Positions 52,519-55,488 of a stretch of 55,488 nucleotides of DNA are shown piece by piece. This DNA comes from a virus (taxonomy: Duplodnaviria; Caudoviricetes). The notes beneath the pieces were generated by a model that saw only the letters and a program-made list of their open reading frames with translations, did not search any database and was not told the origin of the DNA. Position 1 is the stretch's first letter. Each line of letters begins with the position of its first letter. Position numbers and translations under genes: made by a program. The stretch lies in IMG/VR virus record IMGVR_UViG_3300037586_002804, positions 1-55,488 of that record; one strand, 5' to 3'.

Positions 52519-53364
52519 TTAGACTACCAATTCTATATACGGTGTGCCGTTTGCATCTATTGCGAACTTATATTTGTCTCCATTTGGAGCAGATAGAACA
52601 ACATTTGTTTCTGGAATTGCCGCTACGCTTGTTATCTCTTCTACACTCGGAGTTCCATTATTGTCAATAGAGAAGTGGTATTTCTTACCAGTTGGACCAG
52701 CAAGTATCATATTCATACCTGCTACGGAAGATAGAGTTGTGTTAGAGCCTGTGGTGGCGTATCCGTTCCCATTCATGTTAGCTATAGTGGAGTCAAAGGA
52801 TGACGAAACGTTTGTGAGAGCAGAGTCGAATGTATTGAACTCAGTTGCGAAAGATGACGAAACGTTTGTGAGAGCGCCGTCGAGGACGAGGTATTTGGCG
52901 GCTGTGGAGCCTGAGAGCACAAACAAGTCGGTTTGTAATGTGTTAAATATCGCTGCCCTGTCAGTGGCTGTGGAGCCTGAGAGCACAAACAAGTCGGTTT
53001 GTAATGTGTTAAATATCGCTGCCCTGTCAGTGGCTGTGGAGCCTGAGAGCACAAACAAGTCGGTTTGCAATGTGTTAAATATCGCTGCCCTGTCGGTTGC
53101 AGTAGTGCCCGAGAGATAAGTTATGTCACCTTTTAAGTCTGTAAATATAGCAGCCCTGTCTTCGGCTGTGGAGCCTGAGAGCGTTACCAAGTCGGCTTGC
53201 AATGTGTTAAATATCGCTGCCCTGTCAACGGCTGTTGATCCAGAGAGAGTGGTGATGTCGCCCGAGAGAGTTGTATCTGCTGATTTGTAGTCCGTCTCTA
53301 TTTCTAAGCGTTGTTGGGCGACGTATCTCGCCATAAAGCGCTTCCCGCCGCCTCTACCTCCCAT
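52519..53364 (-). CDS. Repeat-containing fibre-like structural protein
   Basis: 22-aa repeats and a duplicated C-terminal L.(GP/AP).G.KY.F.ID.NGTP motif. Confidence 0.65.
   Translation of the reverse strand: MGGRGGGKRFMARYVAQQRLEIETDYKSADTTLSGDITTLSGSTAVDRAAIFNTLQADLVTLSGSTAEDRAAIFTDLKGDITYLSGTTATDRAAIFNTLQTDLFVLSGSTATDRAAIFNTLQTDLFVLSGSTATDRAAIFNTLQTDLFVLSGSTAAKYLVLDGALTNVSSSFATEFNTFDSALTNVSSSFDSTIANMNGNGYATTGSNTTLSSVAGMNMILAGPTGKKYHFSIDNNGTPSVEEITSVAAIPETNVVLSAPNGDKYKFAIDANGTPYIELVV
52901..53250. repeat. 66-bp tandem repeat (three near-identical plus two degenerate units)
   Basis: Units start at 52901, 52967, 53033; encode TDRAAIFNTLQTDLFVLSGSTA. Confidence 0.9.
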
Positions 53365-53771
53365 TATCCGACTCCCGAAGAGCCTGACCAGTTATGCTTT
53401 AATCTGTCGGCTGGGATTCCTGTCAATCCTGCTGAAATGGATGCAGTGCAGGCAGTTGCTGAACCTGCGAGGAGATAAACACGAGTAACCTTGAAGTCTG
53501 CCTCATATTCTTCTTCGTTTAGAAGTAGGACATAGTTGCCATCCTTTACTCCGTTTTCAGAAAAACCGAACTTCATTGGGGCGTCTGAACCCATAGCATC
53601 TGCTGTGTTCTTGATGATGATGAACTTAGTCACTCTGTCAAAGCTTATGACGATTGGATCGGTGGCTGATATAACGTCTATTGACGCACTTGCATACGGA
53701 ATTGAGCTAACTTGGAATGAACCAACATTGTGAAGTCCCGATTGGTATGAATTGAATGGCCCTGAGCCCAT
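53364..53771 (-). CDS. Putative structural beta-rich protein
   Basis: GLHNVGSFQVSS.PY...F..VTK.I.IKN...GFS.NG...A.LTGI. Confidence 0.6.
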   Translation of the reverse strand: MGSGPFNSYQSGLHNVGSFQVSSIPYASASIDVISATDPIVISFDRVTKFIIIKNTADAMGSDAPMKFGFSENGVKDGNYVLLLNEEEYEADFKVTRVYLLAGSATACTASISAGLTGIPADRLKHNWSGSSGVG

Positions 53772-54181
53772 TACTTCTCCTGCTTATTTTTCTTTGACTT
53801 TATTTTCTTTTTGATTTGTTTCTTTTTCTCGGCAGCTTTCTCTGTCGATTCGGCGATTTTGGCATTAATTTCATCCACTGGTATTTGCTCCCCCTCTGGG
53901 AAGGTTATATTTATCCTTTTGCTCTCCAAGAATAAATGCTCTTCGGTTAGTTCTCGAACTGCTTTCAAGTGTTGATGATATTCATCCACTTCCGCCATGT
54001 ATTCGTCCAAGAGAGACAACGCTAACTCTGGATTATCTCCTAAGAGCAATTGACTTGATTGTAATAGTTTCTTCTTTCCGTCCGCCTCGAAGTTAGAAAA
54101 CGCTAATGCTAAGAAGTTTTGGATTAACTTCTTCATATCTGCTTTGCGAGCGGTGAATGTTATTTCATTCATTTCCTTCAT
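53771..54181 (-). CDS. Hypothetical protein with basic tail
   Basis: Operonic; promoter-like TTTACA...TATAAT upstream. Confidence 0.6.
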   Translation of the reverse strand: MKEMNEITFTARKADMKKLIQNFLALAFSNFEADGKKKLLQSSQLLLGDNPELALSLLDEYMAEVDEYHQHLKAVRELTEEHLFLESKRINITFPEGEQIPVDEINAKIAESTEKAAEKKKQIKKKIKSKKNKQEK

Positions 54182-54223
54182 TATATTATACCTTATGTTT
54201 GTGGGTATTGTAAATAGTTTCTC

Positions 54224-54258
54224 AAAAAAGAAGGGAGGGTGAATTTCTCCACCCTCCC
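54224..54258 (-). terminator. Rho-independent terminator
   Basis: GGGAGGGTG/CACCCTCCC stem followed by TTCTTTTTT on the minus strand. Confidence 0.75.
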
Positions 54259-54315
54259 CAGATTGTCTTAGAATAGTAAACTATTCATTGAAAACCTTAT
54301 TATTTAGTGTTGTTG

Positions 54316-55488
54316 TTATCCAACTACAACGCTCATTGTGACAACGCCCATAGGAGAGATAGAGAACTCCATCTTTGGCTTTCCAGCGCCCCAACCCATT
54401 TGGTAGGCACCACCAAGAGATGATACGTTGAATCCGCCTGCAACGTCCAACTGACCCTTGGTAGAGTCAATATCACTTTGAAGAGCACTATCGCCACTAG
54501 CACGATCAAGCAATTCAGCAGCAAGAGCAGCGTCGTTAGATGTCTCGTATGCTACAAGATCAGCAGCGATGACACCTTCAGCAGCTACGCGAGCAGCAGA
54601 CTCGTTACCAGCTTCGGTACGAAGAAGGGCACGATCAGTTGTAGCAGCAGCGAAAGATGCTACAGAATCAGCTTCGTTTTGATCAACATCAGCTTGGATT
54701 GCATTTTCAGCATTGAGGCGGAATGCAGCTTCAGAAGCCATCTCAGTACGGATAAGAGCACGATCAGTTGTAGCAGCAGCGAAAGATGCTACAGAATCAA
54801 GTTCGTTCTGATCAACATCAGCTTGGATTGCATTTTCAGCAGCAACACGAAGTCCAGACTCAGTTGCAGCAGCAGCAATCATTACTCCACGAGCAGCAGT
54901 TGCAGCAGCGTGAGCAGCGTCAGAATCAGCTTCGTTTTGATCAACATCAGCTTGGATTGCAGCTTCAGCAGCAGCACGATCAAGAAGCTCTTGAGCGAGA
55001 TCAGCAGCGATGACACCTTCAGCAGCTACGCGAGCAGCAGACTCGTTACCAGCTTCGGTACGAAGAAGGGCACGATCAGTTGTAGCAGCAGCGAAAGATG
55101 CTACAGAATCAGCTTCGTTTTGATCAACATCAGCTTGGATTGCATTTTCAGCATTGAGGCGGAATGCAGCTTCAGAAGCCATCTCAGTACGGATAAGAGC
55201 ACGATCAGTTGTAGCAGCACCGTGAGCAGCGTCAGAATCAGCTTCGTTTTGATCAACATCAGCTTGGATTGCATTTTCAGCAGCAACACGAAGTCCAGAC
55301 TCAGTAGCCATCTCAGTACGGATAAGAGCACGGTCGGTAGAAGCAGCAGTGCTAAGTCCAGAGATTGAACTCTGAAGGTTACCATCAGCAGCCTCGTATG
55401 CAGCAACAACTTCTACGAACTGATCAAGTGACTCGGAAGAGCCAGAGAGCATAGCGTCGATGCGTCCTGCTTGAACAGCTTCAGCAGC
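54316..55488 (-). CDS. Ala-rich coiled-coil repeat protein (tail-fibre-like), 5'-truncated by the window edge
   Basis: Frame open to 55488; repeated AIQADVDQNEADS and TDRALIRTE blocks. Confidence 0.75.
   Translation of the reverse strand, partial: AAEAVQAGRIDAMLSGSSESLDQFVEVVAAYEAADGNLQSSISGLSTAASTDRALIRTEMATESGLRVAAENAIQADVDQNEADSDAAHGAATTDRALIRTEMASEAAFRLNAENAIQADVDQNEADSVASFAAATTDRALLRTEAGNESAARVAAEGVIAADLAQELLDRAAAEAAIQADVDQNEADSDAAHAAATAARGVMIAAAATESGLRVAAENAIQADVDQNELDSVASFAAATTDRALIRTEMASEAAFRLNAENAIQADVDQNEADSVASFAAATTDRALLRTEAGNESAARVAAEGVIAADLVAYETSNDAALAAELLDRASGDSALQSDIDSTKGQLDVAGGFNVSSLGGAYQMGWGAGKPKMEFSISPMGVVTMSVVVG
54557..55219. repeat. 222-bp identical direct repeat (54557-54778 and 54998-55219) within a mosaic of shorter repeats
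   Basis: Offset 441 bp (147 codons), in frame. Confidence 0.85.

Noticed and set aside
54478-55368. 296-aa Ser-rich plus-strand ORF
   Set aside because: Antisense read of the GCT-rich repeat gene.
1-55488. Stop-codon reassignment, tRNA or rRNA genes
   Set aside because: Core genes are full length in code 11 and TAA, TAG and TGA all end genes. Intergenic gaps are short and I saw no cloverleaf by eye; tRNAscan-SE would be needed to confirm.

Overview
A 55.5 kb segment of a large (jumbo-type) lytic dsDNA bacteriophage genome. Virtually all genes are on the minus strand, densely packed, in standard genetic code 11. The right half (~30-55 kb) holds core replication, nucleotide and proteostasis genes: DnaE-type DNA polymerase III alpha, DnaB/gp41-like helicase, class II ribonucleotide reductase, dUTPase, IMPDH/GMPR, GroEL, a GroES-like protein, ClpP, an amidase endolysin, two DNA methyltransferases with a putative restriction-type nuclease, and repeat-rich fibre-like proteins. 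The left half (~1-30 kb) is an accessory region. Its main feature is about 29 paralogous 55-135 aa 'MKVGDLV' SH3/KOW-like mini-genes, many chained head-to-tail through a conserved ~29-bp junction that is at once the upstream C-terminus and stop, the Shine-Dalgarno, and the downstream start and N-terminus, resembling a shufflable cassette array. Also notable are a family of proteins with 'MKITKxxLxQIVQEE' or 'MKxLLxxWRK' leaders (possible capsid-targeting signals, including a three-module polyprotein), a TTGACA-N5-TTGACA element upstream of four promoters with non-consensus -35 boxes, a candidate late promoter motif CTAnTTAT, a eukaryotic-type phosphomannomutase, and a lipoprotein cluster. All product calls come from motif recognition by eye; no database searches were run.
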